A program made the position numbers and the translations under genes. DNA of 64,000 nt from Trichoplax adhaerens (Eukaryota; Animalia; Placozoa): assembly GCF_000150275.1 (NCBI RefSeq), contig NW_002060950.1:1228106-1292105 (forward strand), given 5' to 3'. Shown here one piece after another: positions 1 through 14,260 of the stretch. The notes under the pieces were generated by a model. It saw only the letters and a list, made by a program, of their open reading frames with translations. It had not been told where the DNA came from and ran no database searches. Numbering within the stretch: position 1 is the stretch's first letter; the number at the start of each line of letters is the position of its first letter.

Positions 1-2874
1 TATGAAAATATTCCAATATCTTGAGCAAATAATAAGTAATATATACAGGTAAAGCAAAGAGGCAGTCGCAACAATTATGTATTTTTCTCGGTCTGGTTGG
101 ATCCTCGGGATCTTCGTCAGTATTATCATGTGATTTTCGACATAATAGTATACTGTAGATCAATAATTTATTAATATTATAAATGATAGTGGTTGAAGCA
201 TAAATAAACGCAGTCGGATTGGAGAGAACTATTAATGTAAGGATCAGTAAAGCTGGAAACGCATTTCGTGGTATACCTACAACCACAATGAAGTAAATCC
301 ATAGTAGGAGGTACCATAATGATAATAAAGTTAAAAGAACATAAGAATCGGTAATGTAATCAAAGAAGCGAATGGCTTTATCCATTTTAAGATAGTCTTC
401 TTTTCGCTCTGTCATTTCTTCAGCCTCATCGCCCCCTTCATCAATAACTTCATCCATACATAAGATTAATAGTACTTCATAATAGCACTGTGAATTCATG
501 GCTATAAAAAGTAACAGATTAAGCCAGGGTATAATGATGATCATAAAAATCATAAATCTACTTGTATGCGTCGTCCGATAATTTTCACTTGCTAAATTTT
601 CCTCGTAGGCTTCAATACCAAATGCACATATCATAACAATAAATACGGCAATATTCATAATAAAGGCGATAAATAAACGAAAGCCGAATGGAATGCCAAG
701 TGAGATTCCAGTAGTACTTGCAGCAGGATGTCGACTATGAAAGTCTTTCAGTAGTTTGTGTAACATAAATAGTAGCTCACCCACCAATGCAAAAAATTCA
801 AGTATAGCGTAAACTAACAAGATTGTATAGATACTATCATACCAATTTTTCCCCCTAAAATATTTCTCAACCACAAAAGCCATTACATCACATATGATCG
901 GTTGATATAATGCAAAAATATTAGCAATTCGCTGTACAAATTGAAATTTCCTCATAAAAACTTCGTCATCAGTTTTACGGTATGTTATGACTAGATCAGC
1001 TACTGCTAAGCCAGCAAAAACTACTGAAAATGTTATAGTAGTGATGTTAAATGCAAAATTTTCTGGTTTAATTGCAAATTCTACCACTGGAAATATTAAT
1101 GCTACCCAAAAATAGAAAAAATGGATACCCCGAAGAATTTTATTGGCTTTTGATCCATAAACTTTATTGAAAGAGCCCCAAAACTTGGCTACTTTTTTCC
1201 ATGCTTGAACTGTTGTAGCTTCTTCGTAGTTAGGTAAATAAGTATCATCAGCGCCTTCATTTTCTTGGATGGGAATAATGTCACTTTTACGCTGAATACA
1301 AGAGAGACCAGACCAATTTATATTTTTATTAAGCATCACATGCCGTACTTGTTGGTATTGATTAGCCTTCGAAGCCGTTGTCATCCACGAACTCGCTTGA
1401 CTAGCACGACTAGCACGACTAGCACGACTAGCTCGACTAGCTCGACTTGCCCGACTTATACTTCGTGATTGGCAGTCATTCTCTACTTCATTCCTGTCAT
1501 ATGGAGGTGGAGGAAAGAGTACATCAGGATCTCGATCAAACCTACCACCATCATTAACAGGAATAATTGACGACGGCTGGACTGTTGTGACTTTATTACC
1601 TTTCGAAGAAAATAAAACTGTCAGGTTGTTAGTTACAATTAGCAAATCAAATCTTTCAATTTGATTACACGCTACACCTGTATATTTATAGATTACAGGA
1701 ACTCCGTTATGCTGTAATCGCATGCGAGAAGTAAATAATGAATATCTATCACCCGAATCAAAATATGTCCGTAGTATATACCAATCAATCATATGTTTTG
1801 TTATTCTGATCTACATGATAAATGCTCATACTTCAAATTTTAGATAGCATAACGGTTAATATCTGAATACGAGAATTGTAACTTATTAGATCTTTCCATT
1901 CGAATATACGTACTATTTATACTATATGTAAAATAATTCTGTTGTCAGTTATGCATAGGAATAGTACATAAGCTGAAATAATAATTACTTCTGAAGCTCT
2001 ATCAGTGTACATGGCAAAATTATTTGACAACGCAATCATTTAAGTATATGTTTAGAGCACCGTATTTGTACTACAGTAAATGATGATTCGTAATATTACC
2101 AGGAAAAATTCCTATTTTAATATACTTTATTTGGCGTTTCATTATGATCAGATTTTTCGTCGATTTTTACTAATTTCAGACTAATCATATCGTTAATCAC
2201 AATGAATAATAGGTAATTAAGAGTTTCAATTGTTAGAGCAATGTAATATTTGGTGTGATCACCATGCTAGATAAAGTAAAATCTACAGCCCAACTGTATA
2301 ATTAAAAAGAATTTTAACGAAAAGATTAAAAAGTTTTATATTTACAATTAAATGAAGTAGGTCACCGCAATATCGAAAAAACCCCAATCACGGCCAGAAA
2401 TCATTCTAATAATCAATATTTAGTGCACTGACAGTGATTTAATGGATAATTACCGCAATCTTTAATAATATATCAGTTTTCTGTGTCTATCTGTAGTATC
2501 TGTTGAGCTATCCAGCGTATTTGATAAAACAAATTTGAGTAACTATACAACATGAAAATAATCATATTCCCATATCGTAAATCAGAGTGCCGCATCTAAT
2601 TAGGTATCATAGTTACAGTGTGTCTATAAGCTTACAGTTAGGTCGAAAATAAAGTCAAAATAGAAATAAGATTATTTCTCACCGACAATAGTGTTTAGCG
2701 GTTTTTGATATCTCAGTGTGCAGTAGTAGTTTTAGAATCATAGTGTAATTTACCTTTACTATCTGATAGATGATTTGGTAATTGAACTTGACTAGAAAAA
2801 GGAACATTTAGCTGCAAGACGTTATCGCCACCTTCTAACCCTAAAGGATCTGATGTCGAATTATTTTCTGCCAT
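1..2874 (-). CDS. Uncharacterised multipass (about 8-9 TM) membrane protein, 3'-truncated by window edge; exons 2874-2754 and 1599-<1
   Basis: The minus-strand frame is open from an AG acceptor at 1601/1600 to base 1 (about 532 codons). It has no stop in the window, which is why the ORF track misses it. The upstream exon MAENNSTSD...DSK ends G|GTAAAT (phase 1) and joins in frame. Multiple 20-25 aa hydrophobic segments; no DRY/NPxxY motifs. Confidence 0.85.
1399..1457 (-). repeat. Coding 9-bp tandem repeat encoding (RAS)6
   Basis: GACTAGC(A/T)C units on the + strand; the minus-strand frame reads S-RAS-RAS-RAS-RAS-RAS-RAS-QASS. Confidence 0.9.
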
Positions 2875-5800
2875 CGTGACGAAACTTGAAATCAACTTCA
2901 ATCACTTGGGTTATCTTGATCCAATTGTTGTCAACGATATATTTGAATACCGATAGCTACTCGATATAGTATTACTCAATCATTCTATTTATTCTATTTG
3001 AAGATTAGTGTAGCATCTTCTCTAATATTGATAAAGATTCGACAAAAAATTTAGTAATGACCCTGTAATTGCTAGTTTGCTACTTTGTGGCTACATTTAA
3101 GATAGAGTTCACCTATTAATCATTGAATTAGACGTGCAATTAAAACGATAATTGGTGTTTTTCGCTTTGCTAACATTAAATCTATATTAAAGAATGGTGA
3201 CAGGTCTATCACACTAGTTAGCAGTAATCGTGTATTAGTTTAACGATCTCTATTCATAATATATATTGGCATGGCAATTGTTTAATATAATCATGCCGAA
3301 TAAAAGCCCAAAAATAAGTTTTTATTTACTCACGTGAGCTCAAGACGGTAGTGATATCCGAGTTATTTAATTAATATTGCATGGATAGCGAATGAATAAT
3401 TAATTTCGGCGTGCCTTTGTTTTATATTAATCTGCCTGTTATTGAGGCCATAATCTGTTACAATATGAATACAAGTTCTATGATAATACGTATGCATATC
3501 GACTATTGTAGTCATTGATTCAGTTATGAATCGATTGTAGATTAATCTCTAAGAGCGCTACTAGAATTAAAATAGGCGTTGGCATAGGAATTATTATGAC
3601 TCAGTTAAGGTTATGAACTTTGCATAATTGGTTTCTGTTGATTTCTATCTATCTATTACGTAATTGTTCAATTGGATGGTCAATTTAATGTACTGCACTA
3701 TATTTTTTAGTACTGAGTAACTAAAAATAGCAAAGCTCTTCAGATTTAGGAGATGCGGCTGATTTAATCAAATAAACTCGCGTATTAAGCTCCACTGATG
3801 TTATGACGTATTAAATGAATCTCAATTATGTGGCAATAACACACATACTTATTTCCAGAACTCATACTTTCGATCATTTTATTACTACCGTTTATGAAAA
3901 TATACTATTGAATTGTCATGTCGATAATATGTAGTTCATAGTAAAGGATAGCAGCAAAATGATTGAATCAATTGAAATACAAAGGGTTTGAACGTTATTA
4001 ACAAGAATATGGCTTGTACTATTTTTATATACGCCAAAAAAACTGTAATCAATTATCTATTTCTACTTAAAGCTGGAAGTTTCTACAAAATCTTGATTAA
4101 AATAAGATTTTTTACCTCATTGATCACTTACTGAAATAGTTGCCTGAATACTATGTACTAGTGTAGCCCTATACAGCAGTTTAGAAGCTTACATATAGTT
4201 AAATATGAACAATATTGTTAGAATAGAAACCGTGATTGAATATGATTATTGTAAATAGTGCTAAAATGGTCATATTTTTAACCGTTTCTTGCGATGTAAA
4301 TTTTACATTCGTAATCGTTTATTATTGGATTGACAGGCTATTTAGTGAGCAAGCATTTTAAATTTCTATGGTCTGGTACAAATATAATTAGCGACTAGAG
4401 TTACAGATGATCAAGTGCTGTTTTCACATGAAAATATTCTTAACATCGATACGATTAGCTGTCAATGGTCAGTTATATTTAAATTAATAGCTGTTATAGT
4501 GGCTGTTTACATATAAATCTAGCTACATACGCTTTCACAAATAACTACATTATCGAGTATCCATTCCTTTTGTCCACATTATACGAGCTATAAAATAAGG
4601 GGCGTACTGTATTATTTGTGCGTATTCACACATATTAATGATAGCACATCTATTTAAATGAAAAGACTTATTTATTTTTTTGATAAAATTTAAACTATAT
4701 TTTAAATAAAATTAATTTGAGCACCTGTTACTAATTAGCATTCAATTAAAACTGTCTAATATTTAATAACATGCATTTAGTTTTTTGAGGCATATAATTC
4801 TCCATGCGCGAGAAATTAAACTGAGTAACCTCTTACAGTTTAGTATGCTAGCATTTATCAGCAATTAGCAATAATTAATCATTCGGATAGATCAGATATT
4901 TATAATAATCGAAAAATGTCTTACGCCATTGTAGTTGATAACATTATTAAGCTATATACGAGTATGTAATTCATGTGTACTAGCTACGATATAACTAAAT
5001 GTGATCTACTGGTACATTTTCTATATGCTTGTGTTAGATAAGTTATTATTGTCAACATGTTAGTAGAAGTAAATTAGATATTGCTTCAAGATAATACCTA
5101 ATCTAGGGCTGTTGACGGCAGTAGGTATAGCATATATATATATGTGAGTAGCGTTGGCGATTGTAATTCAACTATATTGATTTCGGCTTCATAAAATGTG
5201 ATACTATCATGGAATTTCGTTCTCATACCAAGTTCCGTAAGTGTTAAGTGAGCTTGTTCGCAATCTTAATGTTGTAAGCAATTTAAGCAATGTATTTAAA
5301 CAGCTATATTTTTTGTTATGATTATTCTTAGTCCTTCTTTTCTAAGATCTGATGTTGTAAGAAGTTCTTCATTGTATGTCAAAGTTTGTTATACTATTAC
5401 CTTAGTAACATAATTGTTTGAGAATTTAGTTACAAAATCTGTTATTAATTTCTTTGTGGAACTATACGCCAGTGTACCTAAGTTATATCTATGCGAGTAT
5501 ACTGTATTGTATCATTGAATAGATATCCCTACCGCTAATGTAAGATGCTGCTCTGTAGTCTGCTATAGCACTGTCAAGATTAAAGTGGGCTTGTTGTAGG
5601 TAAGCATTGCAAGCAGATCCATCATATTAGAATGTAAAAGATATACGTATACATTAAGATGTGTTTCAATCTACTCACATTGTCCTGTATTCAATGAACA
5701 TTTTCGAACTTGGATAATACCTGAATGATTAATGTAGAACAAGATTGACACCGGCTTCTTGGAGTATCTCAAATGATGAGAGGTGATTTTGCATGTAACA

Positions 5801-6764
5801 TAACATCTCGGGAGAAAATAAGTCTTATTTTATTTCAAAGCAATCTTTTCGCACCCCATTAGCAGGGGCTACTCATACAGACTCGTAGTGGATTTCGATT
5901 GTGCTGTAAGTAACATGTTCTTCAATACAGTATAGGCTTTCATGCTCTTAAATATAGATACTTTTACAGTCTGCTTACACGTCTACTGTACACTAGCTCG
6001 CCATGTTTCGTTATTTGTAGCACTTACAGCTTTGGCTATTTTCTACAATCATTTGCTACTACTGTACGGTGTATAGACGTATGTTAAGACATGCATCAGC
6101 TTAACGTCCTGTCGCTTCGCTGACGGAGATATCATAGTTGATAGGCAGCAGATTAATTATAATACTACACCAAATTCAACAAAGCGTTAATCAGGTTCAT
6201 GGTGATACCTATCCGCAAGGCCATTATTATTTATTTATCTATCATTGCGGAATATTCCTCTATAATAACTGATGTAAATAGTAAGATAAGATTGCATCCG
6301 TATTGGCGCAATGCACGTACGTTGCAAGAATGTAGAGCTGCTATACCCAATCATCAATTTGTAATCATGTAGGAGTTTATATATTTGGGAAACAACTGCA
6401 ATCCATCAGCTTCAGCTTGCATCTTACATGGAGTGTACATTTGCGTCTTGATATATTGGCAGTCCTGTTATGCGACTTGGCTGATAGCATAACGTGTATC
6501 ACAACTATCTCATGCTTGTAGTCTACAATAAAGAATCTATTTGCTAACTCTACTCAACACCTTGGTGTCCATCTCTAATAGCAACTCGATCTGCTTTTGC
6601 TTAAGCATTCAATCCTCCATGACAGAACTACTGCTCAACAGTCAACTTAGTGAGTTTTATATAGACGAAAACTTCAGCTGGTTTATGACGTAATATTACA
6701 GTTTACTATAGTACTGTATGTCTACAGTCGCAAGCTCGGTCAAAAAACTGCTACTGGATTACTG

Positions 6765-6830
6765 CACTGTACACTGTACACTGTACGGTACTGTACCGTA
6801 CAGTATACAGTTCACGCCTACAGTACAGTA
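6765..6830. repeat. TA-(CAG/CTG/CCG/CGG/CACTG) tract upstream of HTRA2
   Basis: TA CACTG TA CACTG TA CGG TA CTG TA CCG TA CAG TA TA CAG ... TA CAG TA CAG TA, about 140-200 bp before the ATG. Confidence 0.85.
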
Positions 6831-6968
6831 TGAATGACCTGCTCGTACAAATGGTATTGTAGAAAAAGGCGATGAGATCATTCATCTAGATCAAATTCTT
6901 CAGAAACAACGCTGCTGAAATTTTACTGTGAATATTGGAAGCAAGTGGAATTGATTGAAAACTAGCTG

Positions 6969-8987
6969 ATGGCAGGAAATCTTACTACATTAGCTCGAGC
7001 TAGCCGTCAATTGACTGCTTTATACGTTAAGCAAACCTTACGTTCCATTCATAAAACGAATTCAAGTACAAGATATGGTCAAGGTAAGCGTAATAGCGTT
7101 TGGAAATATTTTCGTAATCCTTGGTTTGCTGCTGTGGCTGTATCCTCAGTTGGCTCTTTAAGTTGGATAGGGTATAAATATATGGTAAAGAAGGATGATT
7201 TCATTAAGGTAACAAGGGTCTACGCAAAGTCACAAGACAGTGATATCGATAGAGATAATAAAATGCCACGTTCAAAGCAATATAATTTTATTGCGCAAGC
7301 TGTGGAAATGACAGCTCCTACTGTGGTCCATGTTGAAACTGCAGCCACCAATAGGACTATGTTTGGAGATGTTGTTATGCATGGAAGCGGCTCTGGATTT
7401 ATTATTAGTGAAGATGGATTAGTATTAACTAATGCCCATGTTATTGAACGAGCTTACGCTGTTAAAGTCAAACTTTATGACGGTAGTGAACTTGCTGGAG
7501 AGGTGATCGATGTTGATATAGATGCTGATCTCGCTTTGATAAAGCTGAAAACGAAGGTAAATAGATCCTAATTTGATGTAACTACTACATTATTACTACA
7601 GTATACGTATATAATGATTTGATGTAATGAAATTTCTTCGATAGCTATTAATCAATTTTTTGATAATTCAATCGTTGTAATGCAGTAACAATAAGTTATA
7701 CGTACACTGTAAGCGTAAAAAAAGAAAGTACAGCGATATCTTACTGACTTTAAGCATCCTAGTCCTACATAATTATAATTACATAAGTGATCACTTTTAG
7801 TAGCACTTTTGTTATACTTCGTTAATCTTAATATAAAATCACTTGTACGGTAAATGGACTGTTGATCATGTCATAGAATGATGATGCATAAAATAAAACT
7901 AATCCTAATGAGAATCACTTTATACGTGCATATCAATAGAAAAAGTTACCAGCAATGGCACTTGGATCATCTAGTCAACTTCGTCCTGGCGAATGGGTTA
8001 TTGCTATGGGCAGTCCACTTAGCTTAACTAACACGATCACAGCAGGAATTGTTAGCACTGTTCACCGTGAAGTTCCTGGTCTGCATAGTGGTATTCAATA
8101 TATTCAAACAGATGCTGCTATAAATGTAAATGATACTAAATGAGACAATAAAATTGTCTCTTTACTGGTTAAAAATTTAGCAATCATATTTACTAGTTAC
8201 GCCAGTATGAAGAACCTTAGCTAAACTTTGACTATTTTTGATATTCATCGGTTTTCCTCATAAATTAGTAAATTTTAAATTTTAAAAGAGTAATGGCTGA
8301 TTATATTTATTATCGCATCATTCTTGTCATTAGGTGGGAAATTCTGGTGGTCCATTAGTAAATTTGGTATTGCATTTGTCTTTACAATTACGCATTGGAT
8401 TGACCGTTAATTCTAATGTTTATAACTGTGCCTATGTTAGGACGGCGAGGCTATTGGTATTAACACGATGAAAGCTGTAGTTTCTGGCATCTCATTCGCG
8501 ATACCGATTGACGTAGCCAAGGAGTTTCTAAAGAATGCACAATTAAGATCATCAACGAGTAAAACTCGTAGATCTCGAATGGATTACTACATTGGGATTT
8601 CAATGTTGACTTTGACACCTAGCATCCTAGGAGAAATTCAAGCAAGGACAGATAAACTTGATGATATCACCACTGGAGTATTTTTGCCAAATGTAGCGGC
8701 TGGATCACCAGCTTATAGGTATAACTAATGGTAGTTTGTTATAGTTCTTTCTAATATATTACAGCAATCAGTTTACAACATCCTATCCTTAATCCTAATT
8801 TATGTATTTGATCGATATTAGAGCTGGCTTAAGGGGAGGTGATGTCATTACCGAAGTGAATGGAAAATCTGTAAAAGCTAGTAAGGAGATTTATAATATT
8901 GTTAAAGCCGGAGAGGCAATGCAAGTTAAAGTCAGAAGAGGAACAGACGATTTTACGTTTTTTGTTACACCTGAGTCCAAATTTTAA
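6969..8987 (+). CDS. HTRA2: HtrA-family serine protease with PDZ domain, mitochondrial HtrA2/Omi-like; exons 6969-7556, 7940-8125, 8334-8366, 8441-8718, 8822-8987
   Basis: Basic presequence-like N-terminus and one TM segment; GSGSGF, LTNAHV (His), DLALIK (Asp), QTDAAIN|VGNSGGPLVNL (Ser, in a 33-nt exon); C-terminal PDZ (GSPAYRAGLRGGDVITEVNG). All splice phases are consistent with GT-AG. Confidence 0.93.
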
Positions 8988-9359
8988 GCTAATATCGGCA
9001 TAGTGCTATGATTCTTGAAAAATCAGTTTATTTGTTTTAAACAACTTTGTCGTCTTGTAAAAATATATATATAAAATTTTTAAACTTTCAACGTCTATTA
9101 CTGACTCATGAAACTGTAACTAAAGTAGGAAATATAGGAAGTGCCTTTTCATCTCATTACAAAGGGACGCATTGATGAGCTAATGTTGATCGTATCCATA
9201 GATATAAAAGTTGGTTTATCATAAATTTTCATAAAGAGATTTAAGTAAATGTTTATAGATAACGAATACAAAGTAAATAAATCTATTATCTATGTATTCA
9301 CGATCGTTATCAGCTTCGGAAATAATTTTGATGAGTATACCTGCAAAGGACTACATTTT

Positions 9360-12300
9360 TTATGAACGCCGTACACTAAAATTATCAAATTGAACCGGGA
9401 TAAAAGATTGTGCGCCTATAGCTGCGAAGCCTTCACTATAGCCAACAAAGATATTGTTAAATAGGGGCTTGTGATCAAACGTAGCAGCAGCCATGCCTCC
9501 CTAATAACATGGATGAAAAGAATTACATAATATGCATTAAGAAATATCTACTGCAAGTTTTTACCGTATGTACCGCATACGCTACGAGTAGCTAAAAAGT
9601 TTAAAATTTTTTCATGAAATACCTTAACAGTTAAAGTGGCAGTATGCCAAGTATTCAGCCCTATGGGTGTCAGCAATTTGCCAGAATGTATTGTAAGAAA
9701 GCCACCTTATAAAGCAAGTCAACAACGTAATGCTTGAAGAGATTAACCAGTCACTGATTTCGATAATCGATACATTTAAATGATTACAATTTATTGTCAC
9801 TGTCGCATAGCTACCTAAGTCTTCACTGAGAGTAAAATAACCATGAATTGTGATCCGCAATACTACTCCCGGTGTAAATGCAATATTGCACCCACCAAAA
9901 CCAATTCTTGCTGCAATTAGAACGCCTTCGCCTTTTTCGATTAGAAAGTCCGTTTGCACTGTGATATCTTTCCTGTTTAAAAAGGCATCAGAATTCGGTA
10001 TTGTAATAGTGCTGTTACGTGTAAAAGAAGCAAGGTAGATACAAAGTGCAATACAAGATGACTCACCAGTCTGAGTTACCGATAAGGCTTATTGGCTGTG
10101 CAGCATCTGTACACCATGATATCGGCGAATTAAAAACCATCTATATTTATTTAAAATTATTCGTATTAATAACGATAATAACTTATTTAAAACCAAATTA
10201 TTTCAAATAGATATTGATAGCAATAATAAGCAAGAATACTCATCAAATACCTGTCGCATAACACGTCCATGCTTCGGCGTATTGCTATTGTGTATTTCAA
10301 ATACACCGGTTTGATCAGCAAAATATTTGGCTTCGCTAGCTATTTGATAATCTATTAATCATCAATCAATCAATTAAATCAAGTAGCAGTGGATCCTTTG
10401 GCATATCTGTCAATTTAGTTGCCCATTTGCAAGTAAGAGAGTACTGTACATCACATATCTACTTACTATCAAAGTCATCATGATAAGGCAGCGGAAATTC
10501 TTGCCCTGCTGGAGGATTGGGATAGTGGCCTTTTCTTTGGCCAGCAGTATTAGTAATCGTATACGTACAATCTACATCGATCTTCAGTTCTATCACATTA
10601 TTAACTACCTAAAAATTTCAATAAATACAAATATCATTTTAAATATAATAAAACAAAAGATGAGGCAATATTGGAATTCTATCTCTTACTGGAATTGTTC
10701 CAATTCTTTCGAACAAAGATGAAGGTCCGTTAAATTTTAAACAAGTACGCCACAATGTTACTTTATCAACCTGAGATAATTATAATTTAAAGTAAAATTC
10801 GCTTAATAACGGTAGTATAATGCCTAATTTGAATTGATAATAAAGAATCGTACCAAATTTTTCAGAGATCCTTGCAATCGAAATAACGCAACCTGATTAG
10901 TAATCGAGTACTGTGGGAGAGGAGGTCGAATGCATTGAGAATGTTCATGAGACATTGCTTCAATGACAATCGCGAACTTTTTTTTAGTAGGATCGATAAA
11001 CGTAACAAAACTGCCGTTCTTCTCTAAATGTCCAGATCCAAATCCTCGTTTCAAATAAAACCAACCAGGAAAAGCAAACTGTGTCGTATGAGCTAATATA
11101 ATAATAGTTCGGTTTTAGCCTTAAAATTTCTAGCGTAATACGATTGATTTCACTTTTGTACCTGCTAGCCAAATTGGGCTTGCGACTTCGTAATGCCCAG
11201 ACCATGGTTCATTTGCAGTCATCAAGCCATCATTTGGATACGGTAGCCCATTGTAATAACTGGCAACAAGATTCCATGCTATTGTACTATCCAATCCGTA
11301 AAGTTCATATTTATTAATAACGGGCCTATTTAAAGCTGTTTAATATCTACAGTTTTCAACATAAGTTTAGGCACGGAAAATGTACCTTGACATATTTCCA
11401 TTGACATAGTTTTGGTTAATTATCTAAGGAAAGTAAAATCACAATTTTGTGTAATTAGTAAAATTGTATCTGTGCGCCCAGTAAGTTAAACTAGAGGAGC
11501 AGTACCATATACATCAATTATAATTAAACTTTCGAACCCTAGCAAAGCATCCTCCACCGATTTTGTTATCAGTAGTACTGTAATCTTCTGACGCCCAAAG
11601 AGGTTTACCAGTTGCCGAAGCTTCCTTAGGTGACATTGTGCCCGGATAGTGAGCTCTGTGAAATTCAAACGTCCATATATGATTGAATAAAATCAGGTAT
11701 TGCCATCATAATATAAGAAAACATTTAATAACTGAATACAAATAGTATTTCGGATTTAAGATCTATCTGATACTATCACTAGAAAAATTTCATTTTCCGT
11801 AACATAATTTTTGATGAATTGCTAAGAATAAAATTTTACAATTTATTTATAATAAATCCTTTACCCTATTATATCAACTACAGCTGCTAGTTCGGGATCA
11901 TTTTGGATTGCTGATGCTATATCATTCCAATGATTATCTGCTGCGACAATTTTAGTTTTTTCCAAACCATTTTCATTTAGAGTTTTTCTTAATTCCTAGA
12001 GTATAATCATGTCATAATTGATGTTAACATCTCGTACTGTATCTTGTAATCTATCCTATAATGTAGAAAAACATTCAAACTACTCCATAATAAGCCAATA
12101 GTCATCCTTGAAAAGCATGCGGCATATCAATTACCTTTATATAATTGCTATTAAATGGCCTCTCGTTCCAAATCTAGTGGCATAATGAGCAAAAGAAAAT
12201 GACTTAGACATGTATTTTATAGGAAACATTACAATTAGATTTTACTGGATTATAAAATTAATTAAAAATTTTCAAATTGTACGCATATCTAGTTATTTGC

Positions 12301-14156
12301 TATTTCTTACCCCAACATAATCAATCGTCAGGTTATAATACTTTCTTGCACCCATGAGCCATTTGGTAATGTATTTTGCTGTAATAAGGGGATATTTGTA
12401 GGGATCTTGAGTACCTTTCCCAACCTAAATATTGCAATAGAAATATTAAGTGGTTGTAATATAGGTATAAAATGTGTGCAGATGATATTTTTTCTACCCA
12501 TCCAGGAAAAGCCCACGGTAGACCATACAGTTTGATATTAGGATTTCTCTACATGACAGCAAGAGCAGTGTTTTATTTTATAAATATGCCTTTTTATTTT
12601 ATTATCAGTTGTGTAAATATGGAGAAAATAATGGATAATTTTAAAAACTTATAAAGCTACCATGTACTAATTATATCTATTCGTAGCTGATAATGAAATT
12701 GTTTTACGTCTAAAATTACATTACAATATGCGTATAACCTTTTTCGCTTGCACCATTAAGTACCATTCATATCCTCGTTGATAGTTTTCATCATCTTCTG
12801 AATGCATATGCGATGGTTCTGTTCCATCTTCATAATATGAGTATAGAATGAAAATAAATTTAGTTAAGCTAGTGCAGCACAGATCTTATCTAGTACAGCA
12901 TTGTATGTATTGGATATCTTTCTCGTTTGTTACTTTATCAGGACAGTATTGATATTATAAGGCTTGTCGAAAAATACCGCATGGTGAATCTAAGGTCGCT
13001 ATCATTAATTTATTGTTTAAAACAATTCAGGAAGTTATCAGTTTTATTTCATTTAAGTAGCGAAGAGTATCTTTTAAAACTGATTGATCTATATACGTCC
13101 TATCGATAGTGTAACTGCGTTCGATTAAGAAAATCATTTCATTATTTCGTAGACAATCTACTTGGTAAACATACGCTACCGCTATTCTATGGTATCCTTT
13201 ATCTTAAGTCAACATTGTACAGCTATACATGTACTGTAAGCATTTTTATTGCACATTACTGCATAATATTACCCGTGCTTTGCCCATCTCCTCCAATTTC
13301 TACCTTAAAGGTATGCAACGAAGCGCCAAAGTTTGGCTGTAAGGAAAGAAGAATGATATTTACTATACGGACGAATTGAGCTAGCGTGAATTTGGAAATA
13401 CTTGCAACAAGCAGTTAAAATATGAAAGAAATGGCGTAGAATCTCAAAGTATGTTACAACATTTGTGAATCATTAATCGCACGACTGCATAATACACCTC
13501 CAAGTGTCCGACAGATACAGTAACAATTATTACGACTGAGATTAAAGTATACAACGTCATTGACCATTGATGTACTGCTTCCATAGTGTCATTACCTTAA
13601 ACAAATAATCTAGAACTTGTTCTCGTTGACTTTGGGGGTAACTAACCAATAGACGAGATGTTGCCTTGACAAAAGTAATAGAGCAGTTTATATTTTAATA
13701 TTTCATGAATTGGTGCCTCGTTGTGGATAAGAAAAAAAAATATCAAGCTTATAACTTTACGAAGATGTGTACTAGAAAGCTAGTTTATGTCTAGTTTATA
13801 TCTTGCTGAGTAGAAGCATAGTCAATGATCAAGGTTGAATCAGTGAAATTTTCTTATAAACATATCTATGTTTTACATGTCATTGCCTCTTTCAATCTTA
13901 CGAAATTCAATTACTATCCATTTTAATATATCGATGCATCGCTTGATCAACAAGTCAGATTGAACTGAAATAAGATAGATTGTTGTTCATCATAATAGCA
14001 ACTTACACCTCCACCACTGATAGCTCCAATTCCATCAAATACTGGGCCTAGCCCAACACTATCATCGATAGGGTAGTCATGACCATTTGCTCTGAGATGA
14101 GAAAAAATAGCCACGATAAGCCAGGTTATGGCTCGAGATCGATGGATTGCTCCCAT
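9360..14156 (-). CDS. GALC: Galactocerebrosidase (glycoside hydrolase family 59), multi-exon
   Basis: Signal peptide then [20 protein letters not shown]|[10 protein letters not shown]; [21 protein letters not shown]; GTEPSHMH; RGYEWYLM; GLPWAFPGW; catalytic IWNE and WASED motifs; [11 protein letters not shown]; ends [23 protein letters not shown]. Colinear with vertebrate GALC as I recall it. Confidence 0.95.
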
Positions 14157-14260
14157 TCTACAGGGCGCACTTTTGTGTAATAGCGATCCAGTGAATAGGC
14201 AACTTGATTATGCCCCACAATACACAATACAGTGTAGCTCGCAAGTTGAAGAGATGTATG

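Noticed and set aside
1265-1468. 67-aa + strand ORF with TTS repeats
   Set aside because: Antisense shadow of the (RAS)n region of the real minus-strand gene.
5700-6620. Exon-like minus-strand snippets (MLKQKQIELLLEMDTK, PSRITGLPISRRKCTLH, ILQEAGVNLV)
   Set aside because: They could not be joined into a stop-free model and have no recognisable homology.
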